64,000 bases of DNA from Lama glama (GCA_028534125.1 CM052817.1:106704001-106768000); one strand, 5' to 3'. Counted from the stretch's first letter, positions 37,885-52,005 are shown. The notes: generated by a model not told the origin, from the sequence alone. Made by a program: numbers and translations.

Positions 37885-37998
37885 TATTTGCTTTGCTTTC
37901 TTTCTTTCTTCCTTTCTTCCTTTCTTTTTTCCTTCCTTTCTTCCTTTCCTTACTTCTTCTTTCCTTTCTTTCTTTCTCCCTTCCTTTCTTCATTTTCT
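37885..37998. repeat. (TTTC/TTCC)n polypyrimidine tract
   Basis: Directly visible. Confidence 0.9.
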
Positions 37999-38722
37999 GA
38001 AACACTAAGAGGGTGGGGGAGCAACTGAGATTTCAAAGGGCATAAATATTTCATCTCAATAAGACAAGTCACAATTCATTTGCCTCATTTCACTCATTAT
38101 AGCTATGAATGTCAGTGCACCTCATCTTTTAATTTTTGAAACAAAGAATTCAACCTGTAAAATGCCTGAAGCATGGCGATGACCTCCACGTGCATAAAAA
38201 GAGGTTTAATACCACACAGCAGCAGTTCTGTGAGCACCATATACTTTTTGCTTTTTCAACAAAACTCATTAACGTGGCCCGAGAGAAGGCATGCTGAATT
38301 AGTAAAATATTTAATAGTAGCAGACTGTTTCTAAAGAAATGCCTGTTCCGTGACTTCCAAGGAATAACGTGACTAGAACTAAACTAATAGAAGGTTGCTT
38401 AATGAAATTTCTGGCTTTATTGAACAGATATGATTTCCCACCAGCATATCAGTTGTCTAGAATGTAAATATTTACTCCTAATGTGCTTAAGGAAGCTTAC
38501 AAAGTTTATTGACATCACATAGTCAACAAATACACAGTTAGAGACAGCATAAAGAAAAACTCCGGGATGGCCTCCTGAAAATAATTAAAAAAATCTGACA
38601 GGGTCAGTGTCAACAAACCTCAGCCCATGTTTTTTGGAAGGGACTGAGCTAAGACTGGAGATGCAAAGAGTCATATGAGATAAACCTCTCCAGTGTAACC
38701 TAAGATTTCTACAAGGACACAC

Positions 38723-39473
38723 CGCATTAGTCAGCGTTCTCCAGAGAAACAGAACTAATGTGATATAGAGAAAAACAAATTAATATACATACAGAAAGAT
38801 TTATTATATGTTAATTATTGTATACTAACTATACAAATAATATACTATGTATGATTAGTATATAATTATACATTGTATCATTATAATAAATATTAAACAT
38901 TTATTAATAACATGTAATTATGCATATATATAGATATATTAAAAAAATAGATTTCTTATAAGAAGTTGGTTAACATGATTTGGAGGCTGAGGAGTTCCAC
39001 CACGTGTAGTCAGCCAAGTGGAAACCCCAGAGAGCCAAGGGTATAGTTCCAGATGGAGACCAAGGGCACAAGAAACAAGAGAACCAGTAATGCAGTTTCA
39101 GTCCAAGACCAAAGGTCTCAAAACTAGGAAAGCCAGTGATGTAAGTTCTAGTCTGAGTCCAAAGACCCAAGGACAAGGAGAGCCAATTGTATAAGTCCTA
39201 GCCCAAGGGCAGGAGAAGACCTATATTCCAGCTCAAGCAGTCAGACAGAGAGCAAATGAATTCTCTCTTCCCTAGCCTTTTTGTTCAACTTAAGTCCTCA
39301 ACTGATTGAATGATGCCCACCCATTTTGGAGAAGTCCATCTGCTTTACTCACTCTACACATTCAAATACTAATCTCATGCAGAGAACCCTCAAAAACACA
39401 CTCAGAAATGCTTAACCAAATATCTAGGCTCCTCATGGCCCAGTCAAGTTGACACACAAAATTAACCATCACA
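38723..39473 (-). mobile_element. MLT2-type ERVL 3' LTR
   Basis: CATTAGTCAGCGTTCTCCAGAGAAACAGAAC...CAAGTTGACACACAAAATTAACCATCACA with an internal AT-rich simple repeat. Confidence 0.9.
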
Positions 39474-41050
39474 AGTCCACCCCCTGTCAACCTGACACCC
39501 ATATACATAACCTTAAACCATACTTAATTTCCAAATAAAAACAATAGCAAGGTCATAATTCCATCTAACATGATACAACTAAAAACACACTAACCCCTTC
39601 CCCAGGAGAGAAAGTAAAATTCTTAAGCATTGTTTAATCTTCCCATCAATATCTCATAACTTAAATATCATGATGTAAAATTAACAATACTTAAACACCA
39701 TGGTATGATATCAATATATCTCATGTTACACAATAAGATGACAAGGGAGGAAAGAAAATAAAAATACTATGAATATATTTGTGTGATATATGTACATACA
39801 TATATACATATATATGTATATATATATATAAAATATATAAAATACATGTAGTGGGACTACATTCTTCCATTACTCAATCCATGTTCCCTCGGCCTTTAGC
39901 AAGCATCTCACATGGTCATGGTTGTAAAACTGATGAGCTGACCTAAACCTTTATTCCTGAAGAGTTGAGACCAATAGTACTGCTGCCTGGCTTGGGTTGT
40001 AGTTTTCTCTGGACCTCAGTCACAGGGCGTGGCGATACTAAGCAATGTCCTAAGGGATCTGCTGTATTCTTCCTTATTTCCACTGTGGAGTAGTCATCCA
40101 ATTTCCCCTCCGTAGTCAAGAGCAATCCCGCAGACAACACAGCATCTCCCTTCTTTGCTTGTTGGTTCAGAGGCGTCACGAGCCCAGAGTGGCTGGGTAG
40201 CAGTCTCACCTTCTTGTTCAGTGGAATCATTGTGGTGTCTCCTGGTGGAAGCACTTCTCCCTCCGGAACTAAGATCTCTAGGCCAGCATCCAGTAGGGCA
40301 TAAAGTTGAGGGAACAGAAAGCTAACGTTTTGCTAATGGTTTACTCAGGTTAATAGTGAGTGGCACCACTCCAGTTTCTACTCCTTGATTCTTGGACCCC
40401 AGGAATCTTAGGTACAAAAGAACAAACACCACATACTGGATTCTGATTCAGAACACACACTGCCTTCTGGAACGGTTTGCCCAAAACTACAAGGTATTGC
40501 CACCCAGCTGGCACTGCAACTGAGTCTTCAAAAGGCCACTCCAGCATTCTCTCAGATTGGCTGCTTCAGGATGGTGGGGAACATGGCAAGACCAGTGGAT
40601 TCCATGAACACAAGGCCCATTGCTGCATTTCATTTGCTGTAAAGTGAGTTTCGTGATTGGAAGCAACACTGTGTGGAATACCAGAATGATGGATAGGACA
40701 TTCTGTAAGACCACCAATGGTAACTTGGCAGAAGCATTGAGTTTAGGGAAGGCAAATCTATATCCAGAGTGTCTATTCCGGTAAGAACAAAACACTGGCC
40801 TTTCCACCATTGAAGGGTCTAATGTAATCAGTCTACCACCAAGTAGCTGGCTGATCACCCTATGGAATGGTGCCATACTGGGGATTCAGGGTTGGTCTCC
40901 ACTGATGATAGATTGGACACTTAGCAGTGGCCATAGCCAGGTTGATCTTTGTGAGTGGAAATCTATAGTGTTGAGCCCAAAAATAAGTTCCATCCTTGCC
41001 ACCATGATCACTTTGTTTGTGAGACCACTGGGTGATGACCAGGATGAACA
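39474..41050 (-). mobile_element. ERVL internal remnant: PPT, dUTPase and integrase (disrupted)
   Basis: PPT AGGGGGTGGACT abuts the LTR; ORF pieces MLPPGDTTMIPLN..LLPSHSG (ERVL dUTPase) and SGYRFAFP / HGIHWSCHVPHHPEAA (ERVL integrase). Confidence 0.9.
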
Positions 41051-41512
41051 CCAACATGGGATGAAGCTTGAAGGCGTTATGCTAAGTGAAATGAGTCAGA
41101 CAGTGAAAGAGAAATACCATATAATCCCACTTCTAGGTGAAATCTAAAAACTGAACTCACACAAACAGAGAACAAATTTGTGGTTGCCAGGGGTGGGGGT
41201 GTGGGATAGAGGTAAAGGGGGTCAAAGGGTACAAACTTCCAATTATAGGATGACTAAGTTCTGGGGATGTAATATAGACCATGGTGACTACAGTTACTAT
41301 CTTGCATATTTGAAAATCACTGAGCAAGTAGATTTTCAGTTTTCAACACCAACAACAAAAAAAAAGTAGATCTATGGAGATGATGGATTAACTTATTGTG
41401 GTATCAGTTTTGCAATACACACATATATCAAATCAATGCATGTACACCTTAAACTTACAAGTGTTATATGTCAGTTATGTCTCAATAAAGCTAAGGAGGA
41501 AAAAGAAAGAAA
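41051..41512 (+). mobile_element. L1 3' end
   Basis: GAAGCTTGAAGGCGTTATGCTAAGTGAAATGAGTCAG...TCTCAATAAAGCT plus A tail. Confidence 0.85.
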
Positions 41513-41691
41513 GAAATTACCTAGATGCCCAAAAACAAGGAATTAGCCAAGTAAACTATTGTACAACCATACAGTGTTAAAAACATAATTCAGCCATTTA
41601 AAAATAATGTTATATAAAAACATTCAGTGGAATACATGTTTATAAGTGTTGTTGCAGAAAATAAAGCAGAATATAAAAACTACATGTATAG

Positions 41692-41823
41692 GGGGAAGGC
41701 ATGGTTCAGTGGTAGATTGTGTGCCTACCATGCATGAGGTCCTAAGTTCAATCCCCGGTACCTCCATTAAAAATTAAATAAATCGTAAACTTAATTACTT
41801 CCCCCAAATATAGAAGGAAGTTT

Positions 41824-41872
<49 letters not shown>

Positions 41873-41925
41873 TAACTCCAATAGATGCTTAGTGGTACAA
41901 AGAAAGTCTACTTGGAGATTGAGTG
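41692..41925 (+). mobile_element. vic-1-like SINE with (CA)n and an extra 3' segment inside the TSDs
   Basis: Exact 16-bp TSD AAAACTACATGTATAG at 41676-41691 and 41926-41941. Confidence 0.88.
41826..41868. repeat. (CA)n microsatellite
   Basis: About 21 perfect units. Confidence 0.97.
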
Positions 41926-43249
41926 AAAACTACATGTATAGAATTACCATTTTCACGTCAATGTTTTTCATATTTACATTTGTATCAACAAAAAATATTT
42001 CAATATATTACTCTACTACATAAAAGTACCTGAAGTAACAATGGTTAACTGTGAAAAGTAAATTTAAGATTATAGCTAGCAAATAATGGATCCTAAGTTC
42101 ACATTCATAGCTATCTGATTTAAAAATCCATAATTTATATGGAATGCTATTATTTTAAGCATGAGAGCACACACTAGCAAGATTCTACTCCAGAGGCGTG
42201 TTTAGTAACGGAAAGGGTTATCAACAGAATCAGACCAAAGGCAGAAAAAGGCATTTCGTTGGCATTTCAAGCATTTCATGCCAATGTTCACTCGAGACAC
42301 TTTTTGAAAATATCTAATGGTTTTTCAAAGTCCATCATTCAGCTCTCATAAGAACCAAGTTGTCCTCATTTATTGGACTGTTATTTATGGTGATCAAGTT
42401 ATTTTTAAAGTTAAATTCATCATTAAATAGATATATTTTCATTTATTAAAGCTAGAAAAATTACTCATTTGCTCTCCAGTGCACTGTTCAGTTCTTTTGA
42501 AAAAGATTTACCATGTTGGAGTTCATTAGAACAATAGTTTGAAAAGATTTCATGGTGTGGAAAATAATTTCCGCCAATGAATTTGGGTCAGTAATTTCTC
42601 TTGAAATTAGATAAACCAGCATGACAATCAAGAATCAAACTGAGGCCAGCTTGCTCAAATTCAGTTTTTCCAAAGCAAAATATGGTATCGTACCAATCTC
42701 TGTTCCATCTGTATTATATATTCGAATGTAAAATCACCTGTTACATCAAAATCATCTTGAACGCGCAGACTACCTAATTGTGTAGTTGAATTGTGATGAA
42801 CTAGCTTTTGCTATATGAGTATAAAGTTACTCAGCCTTGAACTGTTACCAGCAAACAGTTTTCTTAGGCTGCATCATTTGCCTGACTTCTACCCACAGTC
42901 TTGTATTATCAGATGAAATATCACAGGAAACATATCATTTCAACTTAAACAGGCAGGTGCTATTACTATTCTTCCCCTGGCAAGAGAAATTTGACCTCCT
43001 ATCCACAAGTTTCATATCCCAGAGTGAAACATATTTATTATTTAATTTACAATTAGACGACTTTAATGCTCTCCCTTGGCAGAGAGGACAACAAACTCTT
43101 CCATCAGTTACCTTAAAATTAAGCCAAGAAAAGAGTTTTTAGAATGAGAAGAAGAAAAAAAAAAATAACTCTTCTCCATGTTTGGTTTGGAACTGATGAT
43201 TTGGTACCCCCTTGAGGCTAGAGGGAAGAGAGAAGGAGATTGTGGCCAT

Positions 43250-43460
43250 TCTTACATTTATAACAGTCACCATGAGCAAGATATTCATGTACTTTATATT
43301 GTTAAGTGTTCTTAAAACCCACTAAGGTAGCAATATAATTCTTAACTTATAGACAAATAAACTAAGGGTCAAGAGATTAAATAATTTGTTGAAACTCATT
43401 CAGTAAGTGGCAGGGTAAGGATTCCAATACTTGCCTGACTGCATACTCATTCTATTTCTA
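43250..43460. mobile_element. MIR
   Basis: TTATAGACAAATAAACTAAGGGTCAAGAGATTAAATAATTTG...AAGTGGCAGGGTAAGGATTC. Confidence 0.6.
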
Positions 43461-44193
43461 ATATTTCTTTATTCTGTCTCTTTAAATATATCTGCTTCTT
43501 GCCCTTTATATTCCTTAGGTTCCCAAGATAAGAACTGCAAAGACCTCTTTCCTGGTAGCTGCACAAAGGTAAGAAAAGCCTTAACTTAAAATCATCAAAA
43601 GTAAGAATCTAACTATTACACTATCTTAAACCTGAGGCAGGGAACTTCATACCACGTTAAGCAGTGTCATTCTTCAGTGATGAAATGAATTAATTCTCAA
43701 AAAGGGGTTAGGGTCTCAGATACTATTTTTAAGTCCAAAGAAAAACATACTGCAGCTTGATGAGAAATTCTGGATCTTCATTGGACATGACAAAGATTGA
43801 TAAATTTTATAACAGATCGTGGAGTTACAATAGACTCTAAGCCAAATGAATATATATGAAAATATATATGAAAGCTGGGGCAAGATTTGTTTTATTTACT
43901 GCAAATTCCAAGAACCTAACATTTTAATAATAATTACTTCATAAATATTTCTTAAATGAAAGTTAAATATTTTCCCTAATGCTAAACCTATTTATAACTT
44001 TTAGAGATTTTGTTTTATACTGTTCCAAAGTAAATGATTTCTTTTGGAAGAAATCATTAATAACTAGAAAGAAGATTAGTTCAGGAATCTTTCAGGAGGA
44101 CTATCATATCCAGTATTTGTAAGCAAGTTTAATTCAAATTAACCACCCAACCCTCACAAAAGACAAGTAAATTTCTGGACAAAATATGGAGGG

Positions 44194-44997
44194 AAAACTA
44201 CAATGAGGTATCACCTCACACCAGTCAGAATGGCCATCATTCAAAAGCCCACAAATGACAAATACCGGAGAGGCTGTGGAGAAAGGGGAACCCTCCTACA
44301 CTGCTGGTGGGAATGCAGTTTGGTGCAGCCACTGTGGAAAACAATGTGGAGATTCCTCAAAAGACTAGGAATAGACTTACTGTATGACCCAGGAACCCCT
44401 ACTTCAAAAAGACACCTGCACCCCAATGTTCATAGCAGCACTATTTACAGTAGCCAAGACATGGAAACAGCCTAAATGTCCATCAACAGATGACTGGATA
44501 AAGCAGATGTGGTATATTTATACAATGAAACACTATTCAGCCATAAAAACCAACAACATAATGCCATTTGCAGCAACATGGATGCTCCTGGAGAATGTCA
44601 TTCTAAGTGAAGTAAGCCAGAAAGAGAAAGAAAAATACCATATGAGATCACTCATATGTGGAATCTAAAAATAAATAAATAAATACTAAATAAATATAAA
44701 GCAGAAACAGACTCATAGACATAGAATACAAACTTGTGGTTGCCAAGGGGAAGGGTTGGGAAAGGACAGACTGGGATTTCAAAATGTAGTAGATACTGAC
44801 AGGCATATGCAGAATAGATAAACAAGATTATACTGTATAGCACAGGGAAATATATACAAGATCTTATGGTAGCTCACAGCAAAAAAAAATGTGACAATGA
44901 ATATATATATATTCAGGTATAATTGAAAAATTGTGCTCTACACTGGAATTTGACACAACATTGTAAAATGACTATAACTCAATAAAAATCTTAAAAA
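44194..44997 (+). mobile_element. Relatively young 5'-truncated L1
   Basis: ORF2 C-terminus MRYHLTPVRMAII...HCWWEC and [36 protein letters not shown] (44184-44193 / 45000-45009). Confidence 0.95.
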
Positions 44998-46499
44998 ATA
45001 TATGGAGGGGGAAAAAAGCATTAAAGAACTTAAAAAGGGAGTGAGGATTAACTGAGCCAAGATACAGATAAATAAGGAAATCTAGAGAAAGGGATTCTAC
45101 CTTCTGGGAGATTTTTGTTCCAGAAGCAATTCCAATCCTAAAGAGTTGACCAAGAGACTGAAGAGTATTTTTAAATCCAAGACACAGTAAGACTAAGAGA
45201 ACCCTAATGAGGCAGAATTCACCTCAAATTTCCCTCTTTTCTGCAATTGTATCATGTTAAAATAAGTAGCCTTTTAAGTAATAAGTTTGAAAACCCACTT
45301 CCACTGTATGATTCGTACTCATCGTTATTTTCAGGTAAAACATTTCAAAATATTAAAAAACAATCTCTAGTAGCTCTTTTGGGATTCTCAATATGTGTTA
45401 GCCAGTTTAAATTCTCTTTTTTAGCACTAAAAAGTCAGTTGCTGACTTACTTTATAAGACATGTGATACGTTGTTATGAGGCATGTGATACATCCTTAAT
45501 AAATACTTTCTGTTAATACCATGCTGCCAAAAATGGAAAATGAGATAGCCAATTATATTCAATTTTCTTCTAATACACACTTCCATAAATGTGTCAGGAC
45601 ATATTTACATACTTCAGAAAATATATTATACCACTAAACATTCTTGCTTTGTATAGTAAATCTGTATGATACAATTGAAAAAAATTATTTTAAACTCTTG
45701 ATTGCATTGTGAACTATTACAACTTTTCCATGATGTATGAGATATTAAATTTTTTCCAATGCAAATGGTCTCCAGAATTTGATATTGATAAAGATAAAAC
45801 CTGATGCATAAACTATTTCAATGACTTCAAACATCAAGCTGAGATTTCAGATTGGGTGTGTAAAAACTTCACTGAATTCTTTCTGAAATAAATCAAAAGC
45901 AAGGAAAGCAAGAGAGTAAAATGGAAATTCTGTATTAATTGTTACGAATGAATACCCTTGACATCCATTTCAAAATAAATGAAGATGGGCTACTAAATGG
46001 AATACAAATTGGACCAATGGGAAGGAAAAAGAAAAAAAAGAGGACAAGATACTCACCACTGAAGATATCAGGTAGAGAGAAGCTCAAAACCAAGAAACCT
46101 AGTTTGAAACACCTATAACAGAAAGAATGCAACCAGTTACATCTGCTACCTTGCTTGAAAATGAACTTTCAGGGGAGAAAAAGACACATTCTGAAGACAC
46201 ATTGTTTGTAATTATGGTAGCGAGACAGAAAAGAAACCATGAGTAGATGGAACTTATAGTTCCAGGCTTTGTCAGGTAAAAATCAGACAAGGACACACAC
46301 ACACACAGAGTTTTTTATCCTATAGAACTCCACTGAGATCCAGGGAGAGTTCCAGCTACTCCAGGCTAAGTCTGATTCCTCCTGTATGCCATCTATTCTA
46401 TAATAGCCAACTGAAGAGAATTCCAGTCATTAAAAAGTAATGATTAATTGATAATAATAGCCAGCCTTAGAGATGAGCAAAACAACTTCAAACAAAAAG

Positions 46500-47450
46500 G
46501 TCACTGTCATTTAAGTATGTTTGAGAAGAATTAAGATGAGAGGGACTACAAGATTTATTTCTTATATCAATATTTGTTTTAAAGCTATAGTAAATAAAAC
46601 TGTATGGCATTCTCTCAGAGGGACAAATGGACCAAGCCCAGAGCCAGTCCTACAAATACATGGAAACTAAACTTCTAATGGAGGTAACACTGACAGTATG
46701 TGGGTGATAGGGGAATTATTCAGTAAACTGTATGCAAATAATTTTATAGAGGAAAGATGAAATCAGAATTTTGTATCATCTTCCACACAAAAATCAATGC
46801 CAGGTGAATTAGAGATTAAAATGTGAATTTCAAAGCTACAAAAACTTTCAGAAGAAAAAGCAAAGTATCTCTATTACATGAAGGTTAGGAAGAAATTTTT
46901 CAAAGAAGACCAAAAAATGCAAACTTTAAAGGAAAATATTGATACATAAGCCTTCATTAAAATTAAAATTATGTTTATCATAAACACAAGAGTGACTATG
47001 GAACCCACAAGCTTTGAGAAGTTAAATGTACCATAAAAACTGGCTAAAGTTTAATGAAGACATAGAGAATGTCTCCAAGTCAATATGAAAATTGAAATTA
47101 AACCACTAGAAAATTTAGGGAGAAATTTAAGTATTAGCAACTCCAGCCATTCAAATGAAGAGAAAATGAAAAAGGAAATAAACCGTTGAAAAGTGTTCAG
47201 CCTCATCGACAATCAGGGAAATACAAATCAGAATCATATTTAGACAACATTTTACTCTGACTGCAGTAACAAAATTTTTTAAATCTGATAGTAGTGTTGG
47301 CAAGAACTTAAGACCCTGAGAACTGGCATGCACTGCTGATGGGAATGTAACCAGACACAACTACTTCTGAAATTAATTTCACATTCTTTGAAGTGATTCA
47401 CACATACAATCAAGCAATCTCAAACTCAGGCATATACCGGAAAGCAATGG
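46500..47450 (+). mobile_element. Old L1 ORF2 3' region
   Basis: AAAGCTATAGTAAATAAAACTGTATGGCATT..., CACAAAAATCAATGCCAGGTGAATTAGAG..., CACTGCTGATGGGAATGTAA. Confidence 0.75.
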
Positions 47451-47909
47451 ATTTAGCTTTTCTTGCTGACATAGTCCCTTAATATTTCTGAAATATTCCT
47501 GAAAATGCTAAACCTTCTTGCCCATTTTTAAATTGATTACCATCATTAATCAGAAGTTTTTATAGTCCCAAAGGTTGTTATTCCCAGTTTACTATAAATA
47601 TAAGATTATTAAATAAAGCTGTTAAGTCTCTCTTTCTAAATGTGTCTAAGGAATATAAGCATAATAATAAAATTTTTACCAACCATGTATTTTAAATGCA
47701 TAATCAAGTTTTTATTTAACATTTTCAAATATTTAACATCTGTCCTTTTCCTCCTTGAATTCATATCTCTATTTCATCTCCCTCAAATAATTTTATCCTA
47801 ATATTATCCTGAATATTTTATATTCAGAAGTCTCAGTAAAAAATATTATACCAATTTAGAAGATAAGAAGATAGTAAAGTGAATAAAAAGTAAACAAAAA
47901 GAAAAAGTA

Positions 47910-49000
47910 TAGAGACTTACGTTTCCAGGAAGATAGAATAGACATTCTTCTTATTTCTTTCAAAGAAACAACTAAAACCCCTGAATATTACATATAATAA
48001 CATTATATATAATAACCCCAGATATTATATACAAAATGTATAACTTTATATATATATATATGTGTGTGTGTATGTATATGTCAAACATAAGAGTCTGAAA
48101 GGTAGAAAGGAAAAAGAAGACTGTCTAGGGACTATAAGACCCAAGGAATGACACAGTGGTGAGTTCTTAGAGTATCTTTTTGCCTCATATCTCCCAGACC
48201 TGTAGCCAAAGAAACTGGCCAACTGGAAATACCAACAGGCACATGTGAAAAGAGACTCCAATAAAAGCCTCTCTATCCAAAAGAACCAGGAAAGGGACAG
48301 CCTATCAAGGCAGAGAACTTTTAGAAAATAACTTCTCTACTCCATCCAAACACCAAAGAAGAAAAAACAAATGTGGCTCCATCTCAGTCATGCCAGCAAA
48401 GGTCACGTGAGGAGCCTACACCTCCATCCTCATAAGACTAGAGTAAGGTACCCCAATCTCTTCCTGGCCAGGATGGTTTCAGAGATGGCCAAGTAAGGAG
48501 ACTCTCCTTTCATCTCTACCAGCTAGTAACAAGCCTACCCCTCCAGTGTCAGTGGAGACTGCATGAAGAACGGCATTCCCAAATTCCCAACCTCACCAAG
48601 AAGTAATGAGGACACCCCCAACCGTGTGTCGGCAGAGCACACTGTCTTGGGAACTTATACTTCTATTTACAACTGGAAGTTACAAGGCAGTTCTTCTCCT
48701 GCTAGAGTGGTGTCACATAAATCCAGCCAAAATAGGTTTAAATAAAATATGGCCTCATGATATAACAGAAAAATGTCCAAGTGTCAGTCAAAAGTCACCT
48801 CTTACATCAAGAAACAGGGAAAGTCTAAAACTGAATGAAAAAAATAACAGATGACAACACCAATATGTCAAAGTTGTTAGAATTATCTGACAAAGACTTT
48901 AAAGCAGCCATGATTAGAACACTTCAATTAGCAATTATAGAAACAAATGGAAAACAGAAACCCTCAGCGAAGAAATATAGCATCAGCAAAGATATAAAAT
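47910..49000 (+). mobile_element. Old L1 5' UTR and ORF1 start
   Basis: GACTTACGTTTCCAGGAAGATAG...; GAATTATCTGACAAAGACTTTAAAGCAGCCATG (ELSDKDFKAAMI). Confidence 0.7.
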
Positions 49001-49002
49001 AT

Positions 49003-52000
49003 AGGAGTGATGTCAGCATCATAGCAGAGTGAAGTGTTCCCTTTTTCTCTCCACTTCAATCTACAAGTAAAGCATCCACAACTCAAAAAATATATCTTTG
49101 CTCATTACACCGGGACACTGGAGAATTCCACATATCTATACATCTAAAGGTGAGTGGACTAGTATAGATAGAGGAAGCAGAACCAGGGAAATGGTAGAAG
49201 CAGTGCCAGCAATCTTGGCCCCCAGCCATAACAGCTGAGACCCTGCAACCTCAGAGAACCTGGCAGCAGCAGGGAAGGCAGCTCACACAACTCCAACCTC
49301 CAGGCAGCAACTGTACCCACGGCATAGGCAACTGGAGAGAAGTAGCAGCAGAGGCTGGGACCCTGTTATCCAGCTGTAAAGATGCTCACAACTCCAGCCC
49401 CTCACCCCTGCCTGCAGCAGCGAAGTCCACAAACCTGACAACAACAGACATGGCAGAAGAACTCATAACCCTAGCTCTTCCCCCAGCTCTTCTGTCCCCT
49501 CATGGTTGCAGAGCCTGCAAATCAGATACCCAGCAGAAGATTCCCGCCATCCTGGTGCTCCAGGCAGCAATACCAGCAACACTGACAGTAGCAAGACACC
49601 AACAACCCTGGAGACACAAGAACTGATAATCAGGGCACTGGGTGACACCTCTGACAGAGGTAGTGGCAAGTAAGTGCCAACTCTCAAATATAACCAGAAG
49701 CAGCTCAGGTAAGAGAAATAAAAAACTTGTGTATAGCATCACCTGTGGGAAAATAAAAGAAAAAAACTCTAATTTTAACTTGATGAATCCTTACCATCAA
49801 GTTTAAAAAATAAAAAGCTTTACCTTCAGATTCACTATTTCAAATGCACCAGCAGGTGAATAAATGATCCAAGACCATGAATGAAGAACCACAGTAACAC
49901 TACAACACACACACACACACAAGCTAATAATAATAACAATTCTGAATCCAAACTTAAATTTATGGAATACTGCAATCTTACCTAAAGAGAATTCAAAAGA
50001 GCTGTCATGAAGAAACTCAACAAGTTCCAAAAACACTCATAAAGGCAGTTCAGTGAAATCAGGAATAAAATTAATGAGCAGAAGGAATATTTTACCAAAG
50101 AGATTAAAACTCTAAAAAAAAAAAATCCAAAGAGAAATCGTAGAGCTGAAGAACTCAATAAACAAGATGAGGAATGCATTCAGAAGCACTGGAAATGGAA
50201 CAAACCTCTGTGGAGGACAGTATTTGTGATCTCAAAGATAAGAATAGAGAAATGATGTAAATAGAAGAGAAAAAAGAATTAAAATATTTTTAAAGTGAGG
50301 AAATCTATGAGAGCTATTTGATTCTTTTGGGAAAGGCAATATTGGGGTAACAGGTACCTCAAAAGGGGAAGAGAGGGAGAAAGGAGCAAAATTTATTTAA
50401 AGAAACAATCAGAGAACTTCCCAAACCTGGGGAAGAAACTGGATATACAAGTTAATGAAGTTAAGAGAACACCTAATTACCTCAATACAAAGAGACCTTC
50501 TCCAAGACATATTATACTAAAATTGTCAAAAGTCAATGATGAAGAAAGAGTTTTAAAGGGAGTCAGGAGAAAAATAATGGTAACCTACAAAGGAACCCCC
50601 CTCATTAGGCTATTAGCAGATTTCTCAGTAGAAACCCTACAGTCCAGGAGGGGTAACATTCTCAAAATACTGAAAGATTAAAACTGTCAGTGAAGACTAC
50701 TCTATCTAGCAAAGTTAACATTCAGAAATGAAGGAGAAATAAAGCTTTCCCAGACAAACAAAAGCTGAGGGATTTCATCAAAACTGAAACTATCTTGTAA
50801 GAAACATCAAAAAGTACACTTCTACCTAAAACTAACAACCAAAAGTACAGAAGACTTCAAATAATGTAATAAACAAAATCAGAAAATTGCAATTCTATAT
50901 CAGAAGAGTTTTTAACACTTTATTATAGCATAAAACTTAAATGAAAAGAGTAGAAAAATAAGTATAGTTACTTTAATTTGGTAACAAACTCAATATAAAA
51001 AGTGGTAATTTGAGACAACAAAAACACAAAAGATGAAGATGAAACATATGGAATCCATATAGATAAATGAAGATAAGATGCTGTCCACATAAAAAGCTAC
51101 TTTATCTATAAGATGTTTTTAAAAAACTTCATGGTAACCACAAAATATAAATCTAGTGCAGAGACATCAAACCAAAAAAAAGGGGGGGGGATACTGAGAA
51201 AATATTATGGAAAACCAACAAACCAAAATGTCCGACAGAAATATAAGGGAAAAGAAAAAATGGATATATAAAACAATGAGAAAACAAAAGATTAAAAAGC
51301 AGTACTAACTTCTCATCTATCACCCTAAATGTAATAATTAGCCTAAAAAATAATCATCCTAAATGTAAATGGATTGAATTCATCAATCAAAAGATACAGA
51401 GTGGCTGGATGGATTTAAAAACATCCAGGACATTCACCTCAGCTCTAAAGACAAACATAAGCACTAAGGGAAGGAATGAAAGATGATACTCCAAGCAAAT
51501 GACAGCTGAAAGAAAGCAGATGTAACCAAACTCGTATCAGACAAAGTAGACTTCAAGCCAACGAAGATGGACAGCATACAGTAACAAAGGGTATAGTTCA
51601 TCAAGAAGATATTACAGTTATTAAAATATATACACCTAACATAGCAGCACAAATACATATATAAAGCTGTTATTAACAGACCTAAAGGGGGAAATTTACA
51701 GCATCACAGTAATAGTAAGGGGGCTTTTAATATCCCACTTACATCAAAGAAAATTTCATCCAGACTGAAGTTAATAGGCAAAAAAATTGCCTTAAATAAA
51801 ATGATAGACCAGATGAATTTGTTATAATAATACAGAACATTCCCTCTAAATGCAGCAGAATTCACATTCTTTTCAAGTGCACATGGAACTTTCTCAAAGA
51901 TAGACCACATGTTGGGCCACAAAACAAGTCTCAGTAAATTTTAGAAGACCGAAATCATATCAAGCATCTTTTCTGATCACAATGGTGTGAAACTGGAAAT

Positions 52001-52005
52001 CAAAT
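49003..52005 (+). mobile_element. L1 5' UTR, ORF1 and ORF2 endonuclease (disrupted)
   Basis: Starts GGAGTGATGTCAGCATCATAGCAGAG; ORF1 motifs GAGAACTTCCCAAACCTGG and ATTAGGCTATTAGCAGATTTCTCAG; endonuclease motif ATAGACCACATGTTGGGCCAC. Confidence 0.88.
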
